A stretch of DNA of 64,000 nucleotides from the NCBI GenBank assembly GCA_963831275.1, contig CAWHPN010000004.1, forward strand, positions 31,265 to 95,264, written 5' to 3'. The translations under genes were made by a program, and so were the position numbers. Positions within the stretch are counted from its first letter, which is position 1. Each line of letters begins with the position of its first letter. The notes beneath the pieces are model-generated. The model made no database searches, was not told where the DNA came from, and saw only the letters and a list, made by a program, of their open reading frames with translations. Below are positions 19,101 through 27,467 of the stretch, in pieces. This DNA is from an uncultured Alphaproteobacteria bacterium. GTDB lineage: Bacteria > Pseudomonadota > Alphaproteobacteria > Rhizobiales > Xanthobacteraceae.

Positions 19101-22100
19101 CAATGGCGTGTACTCGCTGGCGGCGTCGTACACGATCGATGCGGCGGGGAATGGCACGATCACGTACACCTATACGCTGCTCGACAATACCGATGCGCAG
19201 GTGAACCCGAATACAAGCTTTGCGGTCACGGTGACCGACAAGGACGGAGAATCAACGAACGGCACACTGGTCATCGCTATCCAGGACGACAAGCCGGTCG
19301 CAAATGCGGACCATGACAACGTTGCGGCCGGCCAGGCCACCGCCGAGACCGGTAGTGTGCTTGACGGCACAGGCACCGTTGAAGGCACCACGAACGCCGA
19401 CATTTCGGGTGCGGATGGCGGTGTATCTGTTGTGGGCATTGTATCAAACAATACCAACACCGTCGGCACGGTGGGGACGGCGCTACACGGCGCTTTCGGC
19501 ACACTGACCATCGACGCGGGTGGCCATTACAGCTATGTGCGCGACACCGGCGTGGCCGGTGGACCAAATAACAATGACACCTTCACCTACACGGTAAAGG
19601 ACAGCGACGGCTCGCAATCGACCGCGACGCTGACGATCGCGGTGGCAGACTCGGCGCCGGCAGACATTGCAGTGCCCGGCCCCGACCGCGGCGAGACGAC
19701 GGTGTTCGAGGCGGGGCTACCGGCGCGTCCCGGCGAGCCGGCGGGCTCCAATCCGGTGGCGCCAGTCACGACCGACGAAGGTATCATCAGTTTCACCTCG
19801 CTCGACGGGGTATCGAAAATCGAGCTGGGCGGCCTTGCGCTTACGGCCCCCGACACGGAGCAGAGCGTCTCCGACGCGACCGGAACACTGACGGCGTTTT
19901 ACACCTACGATGCCACAACCGGTCTGGGTGAGATTCATTATCATTACACCCTAATCGACAACACCGTTGGCGATCCGTCGAGCGTGAGCTTTGCGGTGGC
20001 GGTGACCGATGCCGATGGCGACCGCGCTACCGGTAACGATCTCGTCATCAATATCGTTGACGACCAGCCGACGGCACAATCGGATGTCGATGTTGTCGTT
20101 GCTGGGCAGACCACGCCTGAAACCGGCAACGTGCTCGATGGTTCGGGCACGGCGTCGGGCGACTTAGGCGCGGATGTGCTGGGCGCGGACGGTGCGACGC
20201 TGGTGGGTATTGCGGCAGGAGACAGCAACGGGAACCCGGTCAGTGGGGGTGTGGGTACGCAGATCCAAGGCGACCACGGAATACTGACCATCGATGCCCA
20301 AGGCAATTACAGTTACACGCGCACCGGCGGCAGCGGCGTCGACGTCTTCAGCTACACAATCCAGGACGGCGACGGTGATGTATCGACCGCGACACTCGCC
20401 ATCACCATCGGCGATTCGGTACCGACCGGTCTCCACATTCCCCAGCCGGGTGATGCGGGAACCCAGGTGTCCGAGGCAGGGCTTTTGGCTTCACGCGGAG
20501 CTGGCGAGTCAGCCGGTTCGGACGCCGGCAACCCGGATGGCCAGGCGCCGACCGCGACCACCGGCACGGTCACCTTTAACTCGGCGGACGGAATTGGCAC
20601 GATCAAGTTGATCGACAATAACAATCCCAACAACACGATCACGCTCGACAGTGGCAACCCGTCGCAGACATTCATCGACCCCAATGGCGTGTACTCGCTG
20701 CAGGCGTCGTACACGATCGATGCGGCCGGGAACGGGACGATCACTTACACGTATACGCTGCTCGACAATACCGATGCGCGGATCACCCCCAATGCAAGCT
20801 TCGCGGTGACGGTGACTGACCCGGATGGTGATTCGACGAGCGGCGCGTTGGCAATTGCCATCCACGATGACTTACCGACGGCCGTTGCGGACGCCAATAC
20901 CGTCGCTGCCGGGCAGACTACGGCCAGCGGCACAGTTCTTGCGAACGACGTTTTTGGTGCAGACGGGAAGTTACCCAATGATGCGGTGGTGAGCGTTGTA
21001 TCGAACAACACCAGCGCAATCGGCACCGTCGGGACGGGGCTACATGGTGCCTTCGGTACCCTGACGCTTTCCGCTGATGGCACTTACAACTATGTGCGGG
21101 ACGGAAATAGCCCGGGCGGCGTCACCGACGTATTTACATATACGATTAAGGACACGGATGGTTCGTTGGCACAGAATACGCTGAGCGTCACGCTCGCCGA
21201 CTCGACGCCGTCTATAGCCCTAAGCGGGCCGGCGGGAACAGTGTTTGAGGCTGGGCTTCCAGCAGGCTCGCATGCGGGAAATCCGTCTTTCGGAATCACA
21301 GCGTCTGACACGATCATCTTCAGTTCACTGGATGGGGTGCGGTCGGTGTCGCTGGCCGGGCATGTGCTCAATGCCGACGGCACGGCGCAGACTATTGCTG
21401 ACGGGACGATGGGGTCACTGACGGCGTTCTATACGTTCGATACCGCCACACACAGCGGCGCCATTCATTTCGATTATCATCTTCTCCAAAGCACGCCAGG
21501 TTTTCCAAGCACAAGCTTCGCGATCGCGGTGACCGATCTTGATAACGATAGCAACTCGTCCTCCTTCCTTACGATCAATATCGAGGACGATGTGCCCGCT
21601 GCTCGTAACGATGATGTCGCCCTTGCAGTGGTCCAAGGTACGGCAAGTGGTAATGTCATGACGGGTCTCGGCACGGTAGATGGACTGAACGGGATTGGCG
21701 CGGATACGCAGGGCGCGGACGGCGCGCATGTGTTTGGCGTCGCCTCGGGTGTCAGGACCGCCGCCGTCGTCGGAGGTGTAGGTGCAGTGATCGGGGGGAC
21801 GATCGCGAGCACGTCGCTGATTCTGAACCCGGATGGCAGCTTTACTTTCAACGGTAGCGGCTTGCCGCAGGGTGGCTTCGAATTTTTCACCTATACGATC
21901 CGGGATGGCGATGGTCAGCTTTCGACTGCGATCATAACTTTCACACGAGATGACGGTGGCAACATCGTTAGCGAGTTGTCGTCCAGCTCTATCGATGCTA
22001 GTCAGTCGGATCTAGGAGGAGGTGCGGCCGCCAACCATTTCCTCTTGAACGCGCCGAGTGAAGGCGGTTCGCATATCCTCGACTTCAAGCACGGCATCGA

Positions 22101-22350
22101 CTTGATCGACGTCCTGCTTGCCGGGTTCGCGGGTCTTTCCGGAAAGGGCGCGGTGGCCAGCTCGGATTTCGTCGCTAGCAACAATGCTGCGACGGCCAAT
22201 CTGGGCGCGGCTCACTTTGCCTACAATGCGTCGAATGGGCAGCTGTTCTACGACAGCAATGGCGGCGACGCTTCCGGCGCGAGCAGGATGCTTCTGGCCA
22301 TTCTGGATAACCACACTGCGCTCGCCGCGACAGACATTCATAAGGTTTGA
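16165..22350 (+). CDS. giant repeat protein (~2,060 aa), type I secretion substrate / adhesin-like
   Basis: ATG at 16165 with GGAGG 8 nt upstream. Seven tandem modules of 254-272 aa. C-terminal ...NHFLLNAPSEGGSHILDFKHGIDLIDVLL...GQLFYDSNGGD..GASRMLLAILDNH fits the T1SS C-terminal target domain. A dedicated T1SS operon lies next door. Confidence 0.85.
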   Translation: MNERIIISQIANLAQTRDVKVTKPPVDQSLILDLTSGAKLGLSAGAQFAQVPSISEDPSGLPKADDIPPSGADFHDVTIGRLGGGLAALPLLAPEDPSGHAVFSVDHSAIKHANAVSPVPSVTIPAPGGPATVVFEAGLLASRGPGESAGSHPGQPSFPTTTRAGTISFNSPDGLQSVFLGGHQLTTSAQTFADGTIGSLTASYTFNTATGKGTISYSYTLLDNTLSAPNTSFAVVVTDRDGHNNPPANLVINIVDDAPIARADSDGLTSGLTTAVGNVLDGSGTTSGPAGTDVRGADGGVTVVSIASGATIKAVDPINGVTIQGTSGTLTISATGAYTYTHTLGGGADVFTYTIRDADGSLSHTTLTINLNDSAPTNIVIPQPGGLDTQVFEAGLAAARGPGESAGSHPGQPSFPTSTQTGAVTFISVDGVSKIELGGNVVTATSAQTAQTFADGTRGQLSAWFEYNSATGAGAIHYTYRLLDNTLGNPLVNNGDTSASFAVAVTDADGDRTAGGNLIINIVDDKPAANPDHDNVVAGQTAAEAGNVLGGSGTVEGTTNADVAGADGGLSVVGVVSNNTNTVGTVGMGLHGAFGTLTIDAGGNYSYVRDTGVAGGPNHNDTFTYTVKDADGSQSTATLTIAVADSTPSNLHIPVGGDAGTQVFEAGLPAARGPGESAGSDPAAATATTGSITFTSVDGVGSIKLVDSNNNTITVDSQSRTFIDPNGVYSLAASYTIDAAGNGTITYTYTLLDNTNAQVNPNTTFAVTVTDKDGESTSGTLVIAVQDDGPAANLDSNTVLAGQTTASGTVLGNDVLGADGAPVSGAVVSVVSNNTNTVGTVGAVLQGGFGTLTLFADGTYSYVRDQNTPGNVSDVFTYTIKDADGTTSAPVTLTINIGDSVPTNLHIPQPGDAGTQVFEAGLPAARGPGESAGSNPAAATATTGSITFTSVDGVGSIKLVDSNNNTITLDTQSRTFIDPNGVYSLAASYTIDAAGNGTITYTYTLLDNTDAQVNPNTSFAVTVTDKDGESTNGTLVIAIQDDKPVANADHDNVAAGQATAETGSVLDGTGTVEGTTNADISGADGGVSVVGIVSNNTNTVGTVGTALHGAFGTLTIDAGGHYSYVRDTGVAGGPNNNDTFTYTVKDSDGSQSTATLTIAVADSAPADIAVPGPDRGETTVFEAGLPARPGEPAGSNPVAPVTTDEGIISFTSLDGVSKIELGGLALTAPDTEQSVSDATGTLTAFYTYDATTGLGEIHYHYTLIDNTVGDPSSVSFAVAVTDADGDRATGNDLVINIVDDQPTAQSDVDVVVAGQTTPETGNVLDGSGTASGDLGADVLGADGATLVGIAAGDSNGNPVSGGVGTQIQGDHGILTIDAQGNYSYTRTGGSGVDVFSYTIQDGDGDVSTATLAITIGDSVPTGLHIPQPGDAGTQVSEAGLLASRGAGESAGSDAGNPDGQAPTATTGTVTFNSADGIGTIKLIDNNNPNNTITLDSGNPSQTFIDPNGVYSLQASYTIDAAGNGTITYTYTLLDNTDARITPNASFAVTVTDPDGDSTSGALAIAIHDDLPTAVADANTVAAGQTTASGTVLANDVFGADGKLPNDAVVSVVSNNTSAIGTVGTGLHGAFGTLTLSADGTYNYVRDGNSPGGVTDVFTYTIKDTDGSLAQNTLSVTLADSTPSIALSGPAGTVFEAGLPAGSHAGNPSFGITASDTIIFSSLDGVRSVSLAGHVLNADGTAQTIADGTMGSLTAFYTFDTATHSGAIHFDYHLLQSTPGFPSTSFAIAVTDLDNDSNSSSFLTINIEDDVPAARNDDVALAVVQGTASGNVMTGLGTVDGLNGIGADTQGADGAHVFGVASGVRTAAVVGGVGAVIGGTIASTSLILNPDGSFTFNGSGLPQGGFEFFTYTIRDGDGQLSTAIITFTRDDGGNIVSELSSSSIDASQSDLGGGAAANHFLLNAPSEGGSHILDFKHGIDLIDVLLAGFAGLSGKGAVASSDFVASNNAATANLGAAHFAYNASNGQLFYDSNGGDASGASRMLLAILDNHTALAATDIHKV
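16561..21960 (+). repeat. seven tandem coding modules (762-816 nt period)
   Basis: The V(F/S)EAGL motif recurs at 16564, 17335, 18151, 18913, 19702, 20467 and 21241. Each module has an A half (VFEAGL..GES..-...F.S.DG......-TF.D..G.L.A.Y-Y.YTL.DNT-SFAV.VTD.DG) and a B half (AGQT...G.VL-GADG-..V..-G.FGTL.....G.Y.Y-D.FTYT..D.DGS.S...L.I...DS.P). Confidence 0.85.
22000..22347 (+). other. C-terminal type I secretion target domain of the giant protein (VC_A0849-like subclass, non-RTX)
   Basis: GGGAAANHFLLNAPSEGGSHILDFKHGIDLIDVLLAGF... I saw no run of canonical GGxGxDxUx nonapeptides. Confidence 0.6.
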
Positions 22351-22372
22351 GGGTTGTCTGCAAGATGCCTTC

Positions 22373-22484
22373 ACCTCTCCCATAGGGAGAGGTCGCCCGC
22401 CGAGGGCGGGCGGCTGAGGGGTTACAGCCTATCGATGGTCACTTACCCCCTCACCCCAACCCTCTCCCCAACGGAGAGAGGGAG
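22373..22484. repeat. REP-like palindromic intergenic element (three GC-rich hairpins)
   Basis: ACCTCTCCC-ATA-GGGAGAGGT (22373-22393), CGCCCGCC-GAG-GGCGGGCG (22394-22412), and an imperfect CCCTCTC...GAGAGGG (22460-22482). The region translates to the LTPTLSP..RG-type artefact ORF at 22354..22557. Confidence 0.5.
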
Positions 22485-22510
22485 CAGGCCGGACATGACG
22501 GCGGTTGCAC

Positions 22511-23762
22511 CTACCTCTCCCTTAGCGCCTCATCCCGCAGCATGCGCGCTGGCTTGAGCATGTAGTCGAGCACGGTTTTCTTGCCGGTCAGGACTTCCAC
22601 CGTCGCCACCATCCCCGGAAGAATCGGCAGCGGATGCTCGTCGGTGCCGAGATGGTTTTTCTCGGTGCGCACCATCACGCGATAGAACGTTTCGCCTTTT
22701 TCGCCGCGGTCTGGTCTTTCATCGGCAAGGGTGTCGGCGCTGATCCGTTCGACCTTGCCCTCGAGCGATCCGAACACCGATGAATTCATAGGCCGAGAGC
22801 TTCACAAACGCGCCCTGCTGCGGGCGGATGAATGCGATGTCCTGTGGCCGGATGCGGCCCTCCACGAGCAGCGTGTCGTCCAGCGGCACGATATCCATCA
22901 TGTTGCCGCCCGGCGGCACGACAGCGCCGACGGTGGTGACATTGAGCCTGTTGACGACGCCGTTCACCGGCGCGCGCAGTTCGGCGCGGCGCACGCGATC
23001 CTGCGCCGATTTGATGGTCTGATCGAGCACAGCGAGATCGCCGCGAGATTTGGCAAGATCCTCTTCCGCCTGCGAGCGGAAGGCCGCCCTGATGTTATCG
23101 ATGCGCGACTGCACCTCGGCAATCTGGCCGCGCGTCTCCGTGACCTTCTGGTCGAGCTGAAGCATTTCGATTTCGGGAACAATCTTCTGGACATAGAGCT
23201 TGCGCGTCAATTCGACCTGGCGGTCGACAAGCTTGAGCGACTCGGTCAGCCGGATCTGCTGCTGCGCCAGAACGTCGACGTCATTGTCGAGCTTTTTACG
23301 CCTTGCCGCGAAAACGCTGCGTTCGGTTTCGATCGACTGCGGCGCGACTTTGCCAAGCTCTTCGGCGAATTCAGGCCGTTCGCGGCTTTGCACCTCGGCT
23401 TCCAGGCGGGCAACACGCGCGGCATTTGCGGCGCGACGCTCGCGCACTTCGCCGAACTCGGAAGCAAACCGGGTGTCGTCGATTTTCATCAGGACCTGTC
23501 CCTGCTGCACGATCGCGCCTTCGTGCACCAGGATTTCCCGCACAATGCCGCCCTCAAGGCTTTGCAGCACCTGCGTTTGTCGCGAGGACACAACGCGTCC
23601 GTTGCCGCGCTTGACTTCGTCGAGTTCGGCGAAATGCGCCCAGGTCAGGCCGGCTGCCAGCAACGCGATGATCGATGCAAGGAGCATGCGCGACGTGCGT
23701 GGCGTGCGAAGCTCCGATGCGGCCCGGATATCGTTGGCGAAGGCAAAATCAGACTGCTGCAT
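22511..23762 (-). pseudogene. HlyD-family T1SS periplasmic adaptor, frame interrupted by one extra base in GAATTC at 22782-22787
   Basis: ORF 22719..23762 (MQQSDFAFANDIR...KLSAYEF) and ORF 22511..22789 (..SSVFGSLEGKVERISADTL...LTGKKTVLDYMLKPA) are the two parts of one adaptor. The span is 1252 nt, which is 3n+1. Confidence 0.85.
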
Positions 23763-25941
23763 GTTTTTCCGCCGGGGCCTGCGGTTGGAACACCGGGCCG
23801 CGTCCGGCAGCCTGCAGCCGCACGATGATCTGGTCGCGCGGTCCGTCGGCGATCAGCTGGCCCCGCTCGAAGACGAGCAGGCGATCGACCAGCGTCAGTA
23901 GCGACATGCGGTGGGTGGAGACGATGACCGTCGTGTCACCCTGAGCCAGCAGCTTCAGACGGTCGAGAAATTCAATTTCGCTGCGCGTGTCGAAATGCGC
24001 CGTCGGTTCGTCGAGAAAGAGAATCTTCGGCTTGCGGATCAGAGCCCGGGCAAGCCCGATTGCCTGTTTTTGCCCCCCCGACAGGCTGCGGCCACCTTCC
24101 GCGATTGGCAGATCGTAGCCAAACGGATGGTTGGCCGCGAACTGCTCGACACCGGACAGCCGCGCGGCTTCGAGAATCTGCTCGTCGGTCGCGGAGGGTA
24201 ACCCAAGCGCGATGTTGTCGCGCAGCCGGCCGAAGATCAGGTCGATATCCTGCAGGACGAAACCGACGCCGCGCCGCAGGTCCGCCGGGTCGTATTGGCG
24301 CAGGTCAACGCCCTCGATCAGAATGCAGCCTTCATCGGGATCGTAGAGCCCTGAAAGCAAGCGGCCGACGGTGGTTTTGCCCGACCCGATCCGTCCGATG
24401 ACGCCGACGCGCTCGCCCGGCGCAATCGAAAACGAAACCTTGTCGAGGGCGTTCATGGCCGCATTGGGATATTTGAACCGCACATTGTCGAATACGATCG
24501 CGCCGTGCCTGATCTGGCGCGCCAGATAGGCGCGGAGCGGCGGGCGCTCGCGTTCGAGCGACATCAAATTGTCGATCGATCGCAGCGACCGGAAAGTCTG
24601 CGTGGCGCGGGTAATCACCGACGCAATGCCCGAAATGGGCGCCAATACGCGGCCCGCCAGCATGTTTGCCGCGATCAGGGCGCCCATGGAGATCTGCCCG
24701 TCCAGAATCAGAAACACGCCAATGACGATCATCAGCAGGCTGGTGATCTGCTGCGCCGTGCCGGCCAGCGTCAGCGACAGCATCGACCAGAATTGGACGT
24801 CCTCACTGGAGCGCGCCGCCGCTGCAACCGATTTTTCCCACAGACTCTGCATGCGGGCTTCGGCGCCGGCGGCCCGCACGGTTTCGATGGAAGACAGCGA
24901 TTCGACGAGCACGCCGTGGCGGGCACTCGATTGCGCCTCCAGCCGTTTGACCGCGCGATGCAGCGGAGGCTGTAGCCCAAGGCCGGTCACGATCATGATC
25001 GGCAGGATCACGACTGGAATCCAGGCCAGCGGTCCCGCAATCAGAAACAGCACGGCGATGAAAAGAAGAGCAAACAGAAGGTCAGTCGCCGCTACGACGG
25101 TGCCGGACGTGAAAAACTCGCGCACCGAGTCGAAGTCGCGCATCTGATTGGCCAGCACGCCGACGGACGCCGGCCGTTGCGCCATCTTGATGGACAAGAC
25201 ATGCTCGAAAATGTCGGCGGCAAGAACGACGTCGAGCTTCTTGCCGGTCATGTCGATGATGCGTGCCCGGACGGTGCGCAAAACGAAATCGAAGGCAATG
25301 GCAAGACCGAGACCAATCGAGAGAGCAATGAGTGAGGGGACAGCGCCGTTCGGTATCACGCGGTCATAGACGTTCATCATGAACAGCGGCGCGGCGAGCG
25401 CGAGCACGTTGACGATGAATGCCGCGATGGCGACATGGATGTAGTTTGTCCAGAATCTGCGAACGACGCCCCAGAACCAGTGCGGCTGCGCCATGTCCTC
25501 TGCTGCCGTTCGTTCGCTCGCGCCGGCAGCCGGCCGGACGAAAAAGGCATGGCCCGCATAATTCGACTCGAACGCGGTGACGTCCGTGCGGATTTCCTCG
25601 CGGGTGGATGGGTCGATAACAGTCAGCCTTTTGCCGCGCTTGTCGATTTTGGTCAGGATGCGAGCCGATTGATCCTGCAACAGCAGCACGGCCGGAAGTA
25701 CGAGCGCCGGAATATCGCCAAGCGCCCGTTCGACTAGCTCAGCCTCCAGGCCGGCGCGCCGGGCCGCGCGATCGAACAGCGCGATCGAGAGTCGATCCTG
25801 CTCGAGCGGAAGTCCGGATAGCAAAGCTTCACGGGTGATCGCGCGGCCGTGAAACGCGGCTATGTAAAGGAGGGCGTCGGAAAGCTGGTCAGACCCTTCT
25901 CGATTTTCCACAACGCCAACTCGCACCGGGACATTCGCCAT
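23749..25941 (-). CDS. T1SS ABC transporter permease/ATPase with N-terminal C39-like (non-catalytic) domain
   Basis: Walker A GRIGSGKTT, signature LSGGQKQAIGLARAL, Walker B ILFLDEPTAHFD. The N-terminal domain DALLYIAAFHGRAITREALLSGLP has no Cys at the C39 position. I chose the ATG at 25941, which shares a base with the tolC stop (TGATG). Confidence 0.9.
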   Translation of the reverse strand: MANVPVRVGVVENREGSDQLSDALLYIAAFHGRAITREALLSGLPLEQDRLSIALFDRAARRAGLEAELVERALGDIPALVLPAVLLLQDQSARILTKIDKRGKRLTVIDPSTREEIRTDVTAFESNYAGHAFFVRPAAGASERTAAEDMAQPHWFWGVVRRFWTNYIHVAIAAFIVNVLALAAPLFMMNVYDRVIPNGAVPSLIALSIGLGLAIAFDFVLRTVRARIIDMTGKKLDVVLAADIFEHVLSIKMAQRPASVGVLANQMRDFDSVREFFTSGTVVAATDLLFALLFIAVLFLIAGPLAWIPVVILPIMIVTGLGLQPPLHRAVKRLEAQSSARHGVLVESLSSIETVRAAGAEARMQSLWEKSVAAAARSSEDVQFWSMLSLTLAGTAQQITSLLMIVIGVFLILDGQISMGALIAANMLAGRVLAPISGIASVITRATQTFRSLRSIDNLMSLERERPPLRAYLARQIRHGAIVFDNVRFKYPNAAMNALDKVSFSIAPGERVGVIGRIGSGKTTVGRLLSGLYDPDEGCILIEGVDLRQYDPADLRRGVGFVLQDIDLIFGRLRDNIALGLPSATDEQILEAARLSGVEQFAANHPFGYDLPIAEGGRSLSGGQKQAIGLARALIRKPKILFLDEPTAHFDTRSEIEFLDRLKLLAQGDTTVIVSTHRMSLLTLVDRLLVFERGQLIADGPRDQIIVRLQAAGRGPVFQPQAPAEKHAAV

Positions 25942-27467
25942 CAGTTTTGTGGCCCGGCGGCAGTAAGTGCCTTCGTCGCAGTCGTTGAGGGGACCAGGGT
26001 CCAATCCGGCCAGCGCTGCTCGAACGTCAACGGTTGCTGATCGGTACCATTCTGCCAACCAGTCAAATTCAACGGCTCAAATTCCGACTGTGGGAGGCTG
26101 AGGATAATCGGTGGAAATTTTGTTGGCAGAGCGCCCAACGGGATGGTGTCGAGCGGTGCGGCGTCGACCGGTGTTGCGGTCTTGAGATAATCGAGCAGGG
26201 AGCCCATCGCGGCCAGCAGCTGATAGTCGGCAAAGACAATCACGCCTCGGGCAGAGGTCAAGGACGCGGCAGCATTAAAATATTGATTTTCGGCGTTCAG
26301 TAAGTCAATCAGCGAACGCCGACCGATCTCGTATTCCTTGCGGTAAATGGCAATGGTCTTTTTGTCTGCGGCAAGCTGGCGTTGCAACGCCACGATCCGG
26401 TTCGCCGTGAGTGTTCTGGCTGACCACGCTTTATCAACCAGCTCGAAGGCGTCGCGCTGCAAACGGGCATGACGCATTGTTTGTTCGGTGTAGCGTTCCG
26501 CCATCTCGGCGCGGCGCCAACTATCCTGACCGCCACGGAAAATATCCCAGGAGACAACGATTTTGCCGGAGACATCATCTCGCTTGCCAATAAAAGTATC
26601 GGCATCGACGCTATGTGACGCTCGGCCCTCCAGTGCCACGCTGGGGACAAACGCGCCATCGGTGACACGAAAAGCCTCTCGTGCTGCTTCTCTGTCGTAG
26701 TTTGCCGCAAGAAGAGTGGGATTGCGTTGGAGGGTGACGGACAGAGCCTCACCCTTGGATCGGGGGAGGCCTCGCAGAGACGCGGGGAAACTCAGCCTGG
26801 CTGCATCAAGCCCGATAATTTTTCGGTATTTCGCGGACGCGTCGTCAAGACTGTGCCGGAAGTCGGCAAGCGTCGCCTTCGCCGCTTCCACGCGCTCGAG
26901 CGCTTGCTGCAGATCGCCTTCGCCTGCGCGGCCGCCCGAGAATCGCGATTGTACGTTCGAGAACAGCTCCTCATGATTCGCAATGTTCTGACGCGCAAGT
27001 GCAACGAGGCGCAGATAGCGCACAACGTCCATATAGGCTTCCGCCGCATCGAGCGCGATCAGCTCCGATCGTTCGCGAACCCGGTATGATGCAGCATTAA
27101 CCCGCGCGGATTGCCGCCAGATATCGTGGATCGATGCAAAGCCATCAAACAAGACCTGTCGGACAACCACCGACACCGCTCGGCCGGGCAGCCACTTGCC
27201 ATTATCAAGGGGTGAGGGCGTGATCTGCTGATCAAATTTTTCGGGGCCCATGCGCGATTCGAGCCGCAGCTGCGGCAGCAAGGTGCCTTGGGCCTGGCGA
27301 AGCTCGGCTTCTGTGGCGCGCCGATTAGCGGAAGCCTCACCCACGCCAGGATTTGTCAGAACGGCTTGCGAAATCGCGTCGTTGATCGAAAACGATGCAG
27401 CCCGAGCGTCGCTCCATACCACGGTGGCGAGCAAAATAACGGCGGCGTTGCGCAATGGAAACTGCAT
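25941..27467 (-). CDS. TolC-family outer-membrane channel of the T1SS
   Basis: 508 aa, signal peptide MQFPLRNAAVILLATVVWSDARA, then SINDAISQAVLTNPGVGEASANRRATEAELRQAQG.LLPQL, typical of TolC-type T1SS proteins. Confidence 0.85.
   Translation of the reverse strand: MQFPLRNAAVILLATVVWSDARAASFSINDAISQAVLTNPGVGEASANRRATEAELRQAQGTLLPQLRLESRMGPEKFDQQITPSPLDNGKWLPGRAVSVVVRQVLFDGFASIHDIWRQSARVNAASYRVRERSELIALDAAEAYMDVVRYLRLVALARQNIANHEELFSNVQSRFSGGRAGEGDLQQALERVEAAKATLADFRHSLDDASAKYRKIIGLDAARLSFPASLRGLPRSKGEALSVTLQRNPTLLAANYDREAAREAFRVTDGAFVPSVALEGRASHSVDADTFIGKRDDVSGKIVVSWDIFRGGQDSWRRAEMAERYTEQTMRHARLQRDAFELVDKAWSARTLTANRIVALQRQLAADKKTIAIYRKEYEIGRRSLIDLLNAENQYFNAAASLTSARGVIVFADYQLLAAMGSLLDYLKTATPVDAAPLDTIPLGALPTKFPPIILSLPQSEFEPLNLTGWQNGTDQQPLTFEQRWPDWTLVPSTTATKALTAAGPQN

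Noticed and set aside
16561-21960. Regular ~770-nt repeats as a possible CRISPR or satellite array
   Set aside because: The repeats are in-frame protein modules within one ORF. The period is far too long, and there is no short repeat/spacer alternation.
16165-22350. Classical RTX toxin or LapA-type adhesin with LapG/LapD control
   Set aside because: I found no run of GGxGxDxUx nonapeptides, no obvious N-terminal retention module with a (T/A/P)AA(G/V) site, and no lapG/lapD-like genes nearby.
16084-22383. Dozens of 60-140-aa ORFs on the minus strand and in alternative plus frames inside the giant gene
   Set aside because: They are by-products of GC-rich, repetitive coding sequence. They repeat with the module period, have no start context and are fully covered by the 6.2-kb ORF.
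22354-22557. 67-aa ORF (…PLTPTLSPTERGSRP…) between the giant gene and hlyD
   Set aside because: It lies entirely within palindromic REP-like DNA and overlaps the hlyD 3' end. This peptide pattern is a well-known translation artefact of such repeats.
22731-23901. 365-aa and 233-aa plus-strand ORFs antisense to hlyD
   Set aside because: These are antisense shadows of a GC-rich gene with low-complexity Arg/Ala composition, whereas the minus-strand product has clear HlyD features.
25942-26058. Long N-terminal extension of the ABC transporter overlapping tolC by 118 nt
   Set aside because: The ATG at 25941 overlaps the tolC stop (TGATG coupling), and the conserved C39-like domain begins just after it.
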